DNA of 64,000 nucleotides from Nymphaea colorata (lineage: Eukaryota). Of the stretch, positions 37,747 through 57,476 are shown one piece after another; position 1 is the stretch's first letter; every line of letters starts with the position of its first letter. The stretch is from positions 1,798,001-1,862,000 of the forward strand of contig NC_045138.2 of NCBI RefSeq assembly GCF_008831285.2, given 5' to 3'. Made by a program: the position numbers and the translations under genes. The notes beneath the pieces were generated by a model that ran no database searches, was not told where the DNA came from, and worked only from the letters and a program-made list of their open reading frames with translations.

Positions 37747-38293
37747 TTCTTTTTCTATTCATTTCACTTATTTACTTTTTAATGCCCTCCCTTCATTCGC
37801 GAAGCTATGTATACAATCTGAACCGTTCATTCATAATCTTAGCTCTCAGGAACAAAAAAATTTCCCAATAATGAGAACAGCTCTTTCTTTTCATATTTTA
37901 GCTTTCTTAATTTCTCAGATTTTAATATTTCTGCTCTAAGAGTTGAAAGTAAAGGCACTTAGAGTTGAAACTTAAGCTTAATTCAGCTTCAACTCTCCAA
38001 TCCACGCTATGTGTTGAGAAAAGCATGGATTTGAGGTTGAACTGAAAATCGAAAATCCATGGTAATCAAACAAAACTTAAAAAACATTCTAAGTGCCTTT
38101 CCTTTCAACTCTTAGAGCAGAAATATTAAAATTGGATAAATTAAGAAAACTAAAATCTGAAAAGAAAGAGCTGTTCTGATTATTGGAAACAAATTGTGGA
38201 AATTTCTCTGTTCCTGAGAGCTAACATTATGAATGAATGGCCATTCAGAAGACATTGAAGAAATAAATAAATAAAGTGAAATGAATAAAAGAA

Positions 38294-38375
38294 CGTCGAC
38301 AGCAGGATTCGAACCTGCGCAGGCAAAGCCCAACAGATTTCGAGTCTGTCTCCTTAACCACTCGGACATATCGAC
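38294..38375 (-). tRNA. trnS-CGA: tRNA-Ser (anticodon CGA), identical second copy
   Basis: Exact reverse complement of 37665-37746, followed by a T4 terminator. Confidence 0.97.
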
Positions 38376-38829
38376 GTGGAACGAGGGACAGTCCCAACAA
38401 TCTGTTTATGACTCTAATAACGCTAATAATTCCAAAATTCTTGCAGCTTCCTTTGTTTTTTTTTTTTTCTTTTCGAGACAACAACTACATTTTTTTCCCG
38501 TTAAGCAAAATGTTTAATAGTACTGCAGGAGCATTTTTGCATAAAAATATGGAATTAATAGTGTTTTTTTAAGGAAACGAATGAGTTTAATTACTTGAAC
38601 AAACTCAAGGATTTCTAAGTACTCCAAATGTGCTTTCAATTCACAGCTTTCTAATTGCTTCAGTTCACTGCGCTATAGTTTTCAGATTATTTTTGGTGGT
38701 TCAGCGCAATTGGTTGTCCCAATGGCTGGTATGCAGCCAGTTGCTGATTCAAATCTCAGTGACGCTATTTGCTAAAGCGGTCGATACATTCAGGATCAAT
38801 GGGCAGGAGAACAAATAGCTGATCTTCTT

Positions 38830-39085
38830 TAGGGTGAACGAGTTCGAGTCGAGTCATTTCCTTAACGAGTCGAGTTAGAGTTCGTGAGTCGACTCGTCGA
38901 GTTTGTCGAGCATTAATCAAGTCGATATATTCAAATGAGTTTACGATTTTGTCGAGCCTTAATCGAGTCAAGCTCGAGCTCAACACGTAACTGCGAGCCG
39001 AACTTGAGCGCAACACGTAACTGCTTCTGTCGAGCTCGGGCTCGAGGTTTCATTAGTTGAGCCGAGCTTGAGTTGATTGAACTAG
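38830..39085. mobile_element. Degenerate hAT-MITE related to 13441-14090
   Basis: Starts tagggtgaacgag; dense cgagtc/gagctc/ctcgag motifs; no clean second TIR or TSD. Confidence 0.55.
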
Positions 39086-39330
39086 GGCTCCATGCTGAAA
39101 TTGGAGCATCAAAAGAAGAATGAAAATGTCTTAATTTTCATAGGTGTTATGCTCATAGTTGGTAGATTTGAAACTCTTACTCACTGGAATCGGCAGATGA
39201 CAGGGCCATTGGGTCAGTGAGTTAACTCGTCGACTCCATCAAGTATTCAAATAATGTAAATTAAATTGGGTGATTCTAGATAAGTCAGAGCGAATCTCAC
39301 CGAACCTTGACTCTTGCCCGGATTTGTTGG

Positions 39331-39623
39331 TAAGGGTGGACATCGGGCCGGTCAGATAGCGGGTCTCGGCCCAGCCCAGTCCATTTGAAATTAAAAATTA
39401 ATTTTTAAATTATAAAATATTTTTTTAAAATATAAAATGTATTTAATAATATTAAATATATATTTTTAAAACAAAAAAATTAAAAAAATAAAATTTTAAT
39501 GTAAACGGCCCGCCGCCGGGCCGGCCTATCGGGCCCGGGCCAGAAAATTCCTGGCCCAAGCCTGGGCCCAATCGGGCCAGGCCAGGCCTGCCCGGCAGCG
39601 GCCCGGCCAGTTGCCCAGGCCTA
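39331..39623. mobile_element. Non-autonomous hAT element, same family as 14351-14754, opposite orientation
   Basis: taagggtggacatcgggcc...ttgcccaggccta, TSD tttgttgg / attgttgg (7/8), AT-rich core. Confidence 0.85.
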
Positions 39624-39769
39624 ATTGTTGGCAATGCTAGCACTCGACCGATTCCTGAATCAGTTACTCCATTTTAATTAATCGGATCCACTTCTTTCTT
39701 TACAAAATCGGATTCGGATCTCCGATCCAATGAAGTGCAATGTGTTGACATCCATAACCGAGAGTGAGG

Positions 39770-39869
39770 AGGGTTTAGGGTTTATAACCGTGAATATGAT
39801 TTTACAAGCCCCTTGACTTGATTGAAATACATAGTATCCATAATCGAGAGAGAGGAGGGTTTAGGGTTT
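39770..39869 (-). promoter_or_regulatory. Two telo-boxes (AAACCCTAA) upstream of the AAA ATPase
   Basis: agggtttagggttt at 39770-39783 and 39856-39869, each inside a ~33 bp direct repeat. Confidence 0.65.
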
Positions 39870-40285
39870 AACGGCAGGAGCGGGAGAGATGGTTCAAGAT
39901 TTAACGGCGAGGGAGGGAGAAAGTTTTTTTCCAGGGGGAGCGGCATATAGTGGGATTTCAACGTTGCAATTTCCGAAAATTTCCAGAAAAAGTAGGATAT
40001 GTCAGGGAATTGAAGCTCAGCTTAAAGTTGAGAGGAAGACTGACATTATCAAAATTCGTAACGAGCAAGATAGAAGCAAATGGAAGGTGCGATCGGGAAG
40101 ATAATAGAAGTTTATCTGTCGGCTCAAAAACGTGAACTTTTCCTGTAAACACGGCTATTCAATTTTTTCTCTTCGTTTCTTGGCACTCGACTTCTCCACT
40201 CATCCAGAAATATTGCAGAATTAAGCTGTGACGGAACACCGGCTTTCTGAGTTAACCCGCCTTTGGAAGCCGCAAGCAATCGATC

Positions 40286-48208
<7,923 letters not shown>

Positions 48209-48715
48209 CTCAAGTAAGATGATGGTGTGAATTTTAGAAAAAGAAATGCTAACAGGAAAAGTCATTTATGAAGCTTCTCGGGGAGATAATGTCATTGCAC
48301 ATGCATTTCCATTTGAAAATACATGGAATCTTGGGTCTGTGCAAATTGTTTCAACTCAGTTGAGCCCATGCTGGTCTGGACCGCCCAACAAAGTTGCTCA
48401 TCATGTTAAGCTTGGCTGAGAGTCGACATCTTGACAGGAGCACTGTACTTAGCAATTGTGGTGGTGGTGTCACTGGTGTGTGAACAGCATAGGTGGAGGA
48501 ACCTGATCAGAGGAGAGATCACCAATATGAATGCTGTCACTATGGTTAAACAAAGCAGATATGGACATTGATTGCTGTCAAAGAAAAGCTCGAACACAGA
48601 AAATTATTATTCAGGCTGAGGAAAATGTGATTCAAGAGCAGTTTCTTTTGTCTGACAGTTGAGAATACATTATCTCAAGCTAGGAAAATTATTGGAAAAG
48701 TCACCATTTATAAAG

Positions 48716-51700
48716 TTACATTATCTCGACAACTGCTCTGCCTATGATCTTTCCATGGTTGAGATCATCATATGCAGCTGTAGCTTCCTCAAATTTGCAT
48801 TTCCTTGACACTGCAGCCTCAAGATTGAAAATTCCAGTTTCAGCGAGTTTCACAAGCATTGGAAGATCTTGTCTTGCTCTAGCACCATATGAACCAATAA
48901 TCTTGACCTATTCCAAATTAAGAAGTTTATTTTAGATTCAGAATATGCGCGTTGTATTCATAGTTCTCTAGGTTGAATGCATTACCTGCCGCCGAACTAG
49001 GCGATTTATATCTACCTCCCCAACTGCACCAGCTGCAGAAAGTCCAATCATTACAGCTTTTCCTCCATCTCTTACACTTTGTACAGTCTGCATGAATGTC
49101 AATGGCTTTCCCAATGCTTCAACAGCAACATCGACACCCATCCCACGAGTTATTTCCTGGAAAATTAATTATCAGTAGCATGTTCAATGTCAATAATAAA
49201 GAACCATGCAGTTGCACTTAGGGTTGAGGCATGGTGAGCAGTGCTAGACTCAGAGTTTTACCTCATCTCGTTAACAAAGTAGCCAAAGCTGTAATGATCA
49301 GGCCAAACCAGGTAGGTGCAACCAACGTTTTGTCATTAAGTTTTGTCCGGATGCTCCTAATAATTCTTAGTTAGGATAATCACTTTCCGAACATAGTCAT
49401 TCAGCTCGTTGCTTTTCTATTTTTTAAAATTAGTTTATTGAATTAATTTGAAATTGCTTATGTAAAACCTCAGTTGGACCAACCAATGCGTTAGCTGCAT
49501 GACCTAATGGTAAATGGAGCCAATTGGTCATGAGTTGCCTTTTCATACTCTTTTCCTACGATAATCAGATCAAAACACAGCCTGCTAATGAAATGGAACT
49601 GTTCTTCACAAACCAGGTCACCAAGTCAAGCAGAAGAGGAGATTTATATGTTTCACGTCAATTGTCCACTGAAGCACCATTCTGGTTTTAAGTCTTTAGT
49701 GATAGCGTCTATTTGGGTTGAAAATGATCTGTCTAAAAGCAACAAAACTTCCAATGGTACCAATTAGTGCAGAACCTTTTCCTAATGAAGTTGGGAGAAC
49801 TTAACCACTAGATATAACGTCAATTAATTATGTGAATCACCAGCTCTCCAAGTTTGCCCCAATCAGATATAAAAGTAAATAGCAAAAATTAACTCCAATA
49901 ACACTACAAACAGTATGGGCGTTTAGCAGAATACCCTTATTCTATCAGCAACATTTTCTTTAGCTGCATTGACGGTGTGAGTTGCCCCAAGCTTCTTTGC
50001 GTTCTGCAGTTTATCATCCTGAACATCAACTGCAATAATCTCACTAGCGCCAAAGGCTCGTGCAATCTGCAAACAGCTGAGCAAACCATCAAATCAAATC
50101 AAATCAACAGGCAAATAAGCTGCTAAAGTGATTTTTCTGTTATACAATATAGCAAAGCAATTAACCAACATTGTCACACCAAAGGACCTGGAAATCCTGG
50201 GAACTATTAAAGGTGTAGGTTAATGATGCAAACAATATGCAAGGACATCTTTTTGTTTCATCCAAAGCTAACATCAAGGTTTAATGATTAATATCCGCCA
50301 ATGTACCCATTAAATTATAGCAAAATTTAACACAAGCATGGAAAACATTGCCTACCTGATAGTAACCCCTGATTTTTTTATTTTATTTTATTTTTTTTAC
50401 CAAAACAAATAACGGATACACCCTCCTACTGAACCTGATGGAGAAGCAGCTCACTGTTATCACTGCCAGCCAGTATTCAAGTTACTGCAGCTTCAGTAAT
50501 TTAGACAAGGAATTTTCACAGTGGAAATGGAATACAAGGATACAGTAACTTATTAGACTTGGGGTAAATTCTGCCTAGAAGCAGCTCAATGTTCCTCTTT
50601 AGCAGAGTGAAAAGCAAGGTTATCACTCTCAATTGTGGTGACTGACCTTATATTCTCAGCAACCTTTTCTAGGAAAATTTTCTCCAAAATGCAGCTTTTC
50701 TATGATATTTTCAAAACATCATGACATTCCATAATTGCCTAGACCGTTGACAAAAGAATGTTGATAATATCATCACATTTTCAAGAAATGTCCAAGAAAT
50801 AACTGATATGCTGTCAAGTTGTCAGCTAAGATCCCAAAAAAGGGGTTGCAGACAATTAACTTTTTGTATCAGCTACAAAATTGGAAAGCAAGACCCAACT
50901 TGGATTTTCCAATCTGTAATATCTTCATATGAGAGCCTATGTAATAGAATTTAGGGCACGGAAACCATGAACTTTGGTGCCTCCACTCAGATGGCAGTAG
51001 CTTGGATTTTTCAGCTGCAAAGGAAGAGGAACAGAAGACATGTGGAAGGGTAACCTAGTCTTTCACCTCAGTAATTGTATAAAATTTTTGTAGCTGTTTA
51101 TAACAGAAAGTAACTACAAATACACGGAACAGCATTTAAGCCCATCATGTTTTCATGCATCTTCCTCCTTTTCTGTTTTTGAGAATGAAAGAAAGCACAC
51201 ATTCAGAGTGCTACAGTACTCCCTGTGTCGCATAACATTCTTGTGCAAATGCTACTTATCTTCTTTTTGATTCAGTTTGTCTTCCCTGTGCTGTTCTTCC
51301 TGTCAAAAATGTTTTTTGCACTGAAAGAAATTTCTCTTATATATTATGAACCTGGTGCAATAGGAATGGTGCTTCTGAGACTGGACACGCTGTTCAATGT
51401 CCAGAGAAATGGAATGTAAAAGTTATCAAATGAAAAAAAATTGTTATATTATATATATGTATCATGTCCGCAATCCTCAGATGTTTGGAAATCCTTTTAT
51501 TAAATGGCAAATCATAAGAATGATATTCACCTTGTTCCAACTCCACCAATGCCAATAATAGCAACAGCATCACCAGCACGCAAATCTGCAGCATGTCTCA
51601 TGGCACCATAGGCTGTGAAAACTGCACATCCTAGGATAGCTGATTCTGCGTATGGCAGTGAATCAGGAAGAAGCGCTAATGCATTAGCTGGAACTACACA

Positions 51701-54660
51701 GTACTCTGCAAGACCCCCCATACTGTACATGTACACTGGTTTTCCTGCATAATATAATAAAAATTATGGGAGGAGCAGATATGAAAATGGACCATAACAA
51801 ACTTAGCAGCAACCTAGGGTAATTAAACTGATAGAAGCAGAAACATGTTGGATGACAATGATAATTTTGAAATTTTTAAGTGAAAATAGAAGCTGAAATA
51901 TGTCGGTTGATAATGATCATTTTATCCTTCTATTGAAACCATCGTAAGAATTAAATTTACATCAATTATTAAAGAAAATGCAAAACGGTCATATCCACCA
52001 TGTCAATGCAACATATGCAGCTGTGACATTAACGTATGTGAGCCATGAGCTTGCAAGAGAAGCAACAGAATCGACCAGGTTGACAACCTTGGGCAAGATT
52101 ATCTAAACTATTTAGATGACAGCAACCACAACTACTCATAGGAGAATCATATTCAGTTGTTTAAACATATGTCAATCCTTGCAGAGTCAAGTGGATTTCT
52201 GGAACCTATGAGGTCCCGCGAATATGGATTTTGTTTCTGCACATCATAAAGGTAAAGACGAGTACACTGACATTAAGTGAATACAAATAAAGGCATTTAG
52301 AAGAAACAGAAAATAAATTTTATGTTTGATCTTTGAAGTTTGAAGAACAGTATTGGTTTGCAATAACAAGGAGTCCTTCTGGAAAGAGTTAACAGAAGTA
52401 AAATGCAAGTAATCGCATGCTGTCACTTCCACAAATGAAATTTTACGTACTCAAGACAGGTAAAAGCTTTTGAAAGTATTGCCGATATGCATAAGTAAAT
52501 AAAAAAGCTGTGTCAACTATACAAACTTGCCCTGCTAAACTTTGGAGTTTGGACTCCCTTAACTGATGAATATCATATTGGAATACCACCTGAAAATTTA
52601 TTTCATGTAACGGTTATGCAAGATGTGTTTTTGGTACATGCACATGCTCATATTTAGAAGCAAATTCTAAAAAGCCAAGGTCAACTATGCAAGCTAGTAA
52701 TGCTGGAATTTGTACTCTCTTAAGGACATTGCAGTAGAAATCCATTTCAACAATATTAGCTAAGGATGGCTATTCAAAGCTTGTTCATCTTACAGATAAA
52801 TTTTGTCTATATAGTTAATAATTATAATCATGCTTATATTTGTATTTTACATGTATATTTATATGTATGTATTTATATGTCAGCAGGCAGTTTGGAGACT
52901 GCAAAAAACAGGTATCAGTAGTGAATTATAACTTGTAAAGAGTTTGTCTCTCAATATGTCCAAGATGCTAAAAACAGTATAGGTCTGTTATGCCAAAAAA
53001 ACATGTATAAGAAATGAAAAGTATACCACTGCCACGCAAAAATAGTCGAGTTTCACCATCATATAGTGTTCCCTTTGATCTGTTATATGCAAAGAATGAC
53101 TCACATATGTCCTCTTGGCCCTGACAATTCTCAAAATAGTTCCAATTAGCATGTAAACAATTGAACTCCTGATGCTACAAAAAAACAGGGCCGGTGATAT
53201 TACCTTCACACAAAAATGACAATTACCACATGGCATTATGAATGCTCCAACTACATGAGAGCCAACAGGAAATCTACAAAAACGAACCATTTCCACGTTA
53301 TTGTGCAAACTAGCCGCAACCTAATCCATCTCAGCAAATGACTTAAGAACTACGCAGTAAAACTCTATCATACACAAGTTTCTTAATCCAATGAAAAGAC
53401 AACTAAACTTGATTTACCTTCTTATCACGCCAGCATCAGTATGTGCTCCATGCTCCACAATCTCTCCAGTTATTTCATGACCCACAACACAGGGAGCCGA
53501 AAAAGGAAGTTCACCCTTAATGACATGCAGATCCGAATGGCATATTCCACAAGCTACAAAGAGAAAATTGAAACTAGATATAATCTTCACTTCAATGGAC
53601 TGCCTAATAGTTCTCTAAATCTACGTTACTGATTTAGTAGATAGACAGATCTGAGCATGAAAGCAGTTAAGGGATCGCCCCAAGGACTGGCAGATCCGGT
53701 CATCAAAAAATCACAACGGGGAAAATGCTCTATCCAAAACGTCCACTGAGATCATCTGTCTGCAGCGTCTGCAGATGGGGCCGACCGTCTGTAGAATCAT
53801 CATTGGCAACCATCGCGGTGGCCGTTGATCGCCAATTGTCGACCCAATCTTTTAGAGTGCTTACCCACCATGGTTGGCAGATAGTATCACCTGCGACTCC
53901 CACTACTACTATTACTACTACTACTACTCTCTCTCTCTCTCTCTTCAAGCTGAAAATGAGAAGGATATTTCAACAATTAAAACCTCAAAGACTTGGCGCA
54001 TAGAATCAGAGATGCGATAAACGGATCCATAGTCAATTGGTCGCGCTTAAGCGAGCAGGAACAGCCTTCAAATTTGACGATCACCAATTCACTCTGCAAC
54101 TCAAAGAGACGAAGATAAACGAATGGAAAGGGCCCTACCAATGAGCTGAGGAAAAGGAAAAAGTACACCATTATCAGTATAACATATAAATATCTTCCTA
54201 TCTTTGACTTTCATAAAACCGTCACTCGTCCATCCTCTAAAACGTAAGAACACAGACAACGGAAACCCAGAAACAAATCAGAATAAAACCATACCAACAA
54301 AAAAGAGAGAGAGAGACGTAGAATTTGATCACCACGGAACTTAAACCACCACCAAGAAATATCATGCCACTCGAAGAGAACGGCAAGAAAACCAAGGATG
54401 GATGCCTACCAACCTTTCGTCTTGATGAGAACCTCGCCCGCTTTGGGGCGGGGCATCTGAAACTCCTCGATGGTGAGCGGCTTTCCCGGCTCCCAGAACA
54501 CCGTGCCGCGCATGAAGGAAGGGGCGCCGTTCAAATGGTACCCGCCGTGATCGATCCTCGCGCCTCCCTTCGGAGCGTCGGTGGATGAGAACCGCCGGAA
54601 AGCCACGGGACGGCCGAAAAGCCTGCTGGCGAGTGCGCGGGAACGAGAGAAGAGCGCCAT
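48716..54660 (-). CDS. Zn-dependent medium-chain alcohol dehydrogenase-like protein with probable mitochondrial presequence, At5g63620-like (exons 54660-54414, 53553-53418, 53273-53204, 53120-53027, 51744-51531, 50076-49935, 49156-48986, 48907-48716; ~421 aa)
   Basis: CGICHSD and GHE catalytic Zn ligands, CGNCHFC structural Zn site, GIGGVG Rossmann motif, Arg/Ser-rich N-terminus (MALFSRSRALASRLF). Summed exons 1266 nt in frame. Confidence 0.92.
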
Positions 54661-57378
54661 GGCGACCGGAGCACACACCAGAGCAGAGCAGGCACGTCTC
54701 TCTCGTTTTATAGTGTAGACTGCAGACTCATCCACTAAAAACAACGGTGGGACCCATGCCCGTCCGCCCACCAAAGCCGGAGAAAATATCGCCTTTAAAA
54801 CCCTTAACCAAAAAAACGTGATCTTCCAGCTTTATTTTTCCTCCGGGGGTTCGAGACTTGGGTGTCACTGAATCGTACGTTATTTGCCTTCTAAATTTTT
54901 TATTTTCACTTGTTTAACGACTCTGAATCTGGACTTCTTCTATGGCATCATTCATATGTATAATTATTTTACAAATATATTGATGTGATAAGAAGTTGGT
55001 TGCCAGATAGTTGTTTTTTTTATTTTTTATCATTAAAAACTGTCACAAAAGTTGCATTAGCGATGGCATGCTACGCCGCTATGAAATTTAATGGCAGAAC
55101 GCAATAATTTTTATTGGCATGGTGCATCTTTCTTTTAAGAATAGTAGTTGATCATGTTTCGTAAAAACCACTTAAACTAAATCATGTTTTATTTCAAATG
55201 AGTTCTTATAAACATATTATGATGTTTTATTTTGTTTAAACATATAAAGGGTATGATTTTTATCCCCAACCTAGTGGGTATGAAATCTTCCAGCTTCCTT
55301 ATACACACACATGTAGAAAAAGAGAAAGAGATGTTGGTAGACACAAAAGTCTAAGGTGTTAAATCATAAGGATTCATAATTGTTTGTGTTTAAAAAAATT
55401 GGATTGTTGATGGAAAAACAAGAAAAAAAAGCTGTTAATAAATGTAACATGACTAAAATACTTCATCTTATTCTTTGTATGTCCAACAAGACACTTAGAT
55501 ATTAAGAAACAATTTCAACATTAAGAGAAAAACAAAGTGATGAAGCATTTTTGTCATCTAATATTACTTTATATTGTTTTTTTTTTTGTTTTTGTTTCAG
55601 CTGTTGATATGAAAAAACTCAAAGGCTAAAATGGTTCTTTATCCATCTAGCATCTACCTACCAGCTATCAATTTCACACACACACATATATATATATATA
55701 TATAAAGAGAAAAGGAGAGAGAAAGAGAGAACCAACCAACTAAGCCTATTCTTCCATTTTTTGGTCTTTCTATAATGATTCAAGAAAAAAAAAAACTCAA
55801 TCAAAAATCAATTTTTATCATTAATTTGGTTTGATATCTCCAAAACTCAAATTGTACCTGTCTCAGCCAAGTCTTGGGTCCTAACCTATGACTCAATAAA
55901 TGAACAATCCCGATCCGACTCAAGCAATTTCTGAGTCGAATCGCCGTGTTTGCCAACTATGGTTTTATGACAACTTGACTTTTTAGTTTTGGAAACATAC
56001 TTGGTATATTTGAGTGACAAGACAAAAACAATGTGTTATGTAAATCGAGCCTACTTTTAAAGCTCTGCTTTGTCAAAATATTTCACAAATCAAAATTTAA
56101 TTGTCATCCAAATACACCTAAAGGGGCGTTTGGTAGCCTCAGATATAATATTGGAAGCCATTAAAAATTATTGAGGATCTCAAGTATCCATAGATGTTAG
56201 GTCACTCCTTCCCTTCGGATGAAGGTCATGTTTGATGCATAGGAATTTCACTCTGCATCGGGAAAACTGGAAGTTTTTGTAGGAAAAATTACTATGGTAA
56301 ATTAGATAAAACAAAGTAATTTTACCTTGCAAAAAATTGGACCTCAACTCCTCTTTTTCATGTATCCTTTTTTTCATGTATCGGTAAAATTTAGTGTTTG
56401 TTTATCATGTAGGTTCCACATAAAAAAGGATCTTAGATCAACATTAGATGTGATATCAGGGACTATCAAACACACGGCCAGTTTGCAAATAAAACGATGT
56501 CAAAATAACATTTAAAAGCGTCAACTAAACTCTCCTAATCTTGGTATGAATCTTTTGCTAAATCAAATTTAAACTACGTTATATTCATAGATATAAAATT
56601 TGAAGTAACCAAGAACAATTTAAAAGAGACACAGATTTTTTTTTTTTTTTTACTCCACTCTCTTCGCCCCTCTCTCTCTCTCTTCTTTCTCTTTTACAAT
56701 TTTTTACTAAAAATGACATCAATCAGCTGGCTCAGACATGTGAAGACCTATTTTTTAAGTATTGCCAAAAAGGAAAAAAAGAAAAAAAACTAAAAGGTGG
56801 TCGAGTTTTCAAAGAAACCATCGTCTTTGGAATACGGATTTGATATATTTTGGAACCAAATCACACGGATGGGACGAGTAGGAGAAACACTTTATAAACA
56901 CAATATATATATATATAACATCCAGGAGAATAAAATTAGCACGTCCAATTATATTATTTTAGTTTTTTTTAATTTGGATCAGTTCAAAAGTGGTAGTCAT
57001 TTTTATTTTTTTAAAAATTAATAATTTTTTAAAATTCCTTTTATATACTTATGCTTACTTTTTCTTCGAATATCGATGTTTTTTCTGATTCACTACCAAT
57101 TCAGATTCGATTCGAAAGCTGAATTCACTTTTATGGACGATGGTGCAAAACGTCATATTTTCTTCTTTTCAAGACCTGATAGCTTTTGATGTTGTCGATG
57201 TTACTGATCTGAACCATCAGTTAAATCATTATACGAAAAAGTTATTTCCAGCTAGAGAGCTATTCATTTTTGACATTTGCAAAAGTCATCATATATATAA
57301 CATTGAAGCTTTGATTTACATTTTATACAAATCAGTATGGTAACTTATATTTAATATGTTTGACAACCAATACTTTAC

Positions 57379-57476
57379 TGAAGTATGAAAATCGGCAGCT
57401 TCAAGTTGATGAAAGTATGAAAATCAGCAGCTTCTAGTTGATGAAAGTATGAAAATCAGCAGCTTCTGTTGATGAG
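57379..57476. repeat. 33 bp minisatellite, ~3 copies
   Basis: aagtatgaaaatc(a/g)gcagcttc.agttgatga repeated three times. Confidence 0.85.

Larger units (their letters stand above)
37665..38375. repeat. Inverted repeat, arms 37665-37963 and 38088-38375, 124 bp spacer
   Basis: tRNA plus ~210 nt of 3' flank, e.g. ctgctctaagagttgaaag.aaaggcacttaga, present on both strands. Confidence 0.92.

Noticed and set aside
37747..37963. Dicistronic tRNA-snoRNA in the shared 3' flank
   Set aside because: No RUGAUGA C box with terminal stem, and a T-run terminator immediately follows the tRNA.
37487..38517. ORFs spanning the tRNA genes (MSEWLRRQTRNLLG...)
   Set aside because: Translations of tRNA-Ser sequence.
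39770..39869. Interstitial telomere array
   Set aside because: Only about two repeat units at each site; better explained as promoter telo-boxes.
57379..57476. CRISPR-like or snoRNA-like array (tgatga-containing 33-mer)
   Set aside because: Head-to-tail repeats with no unique spacers or D boxes, in eukaryotic context; an ordinary minisatellite.
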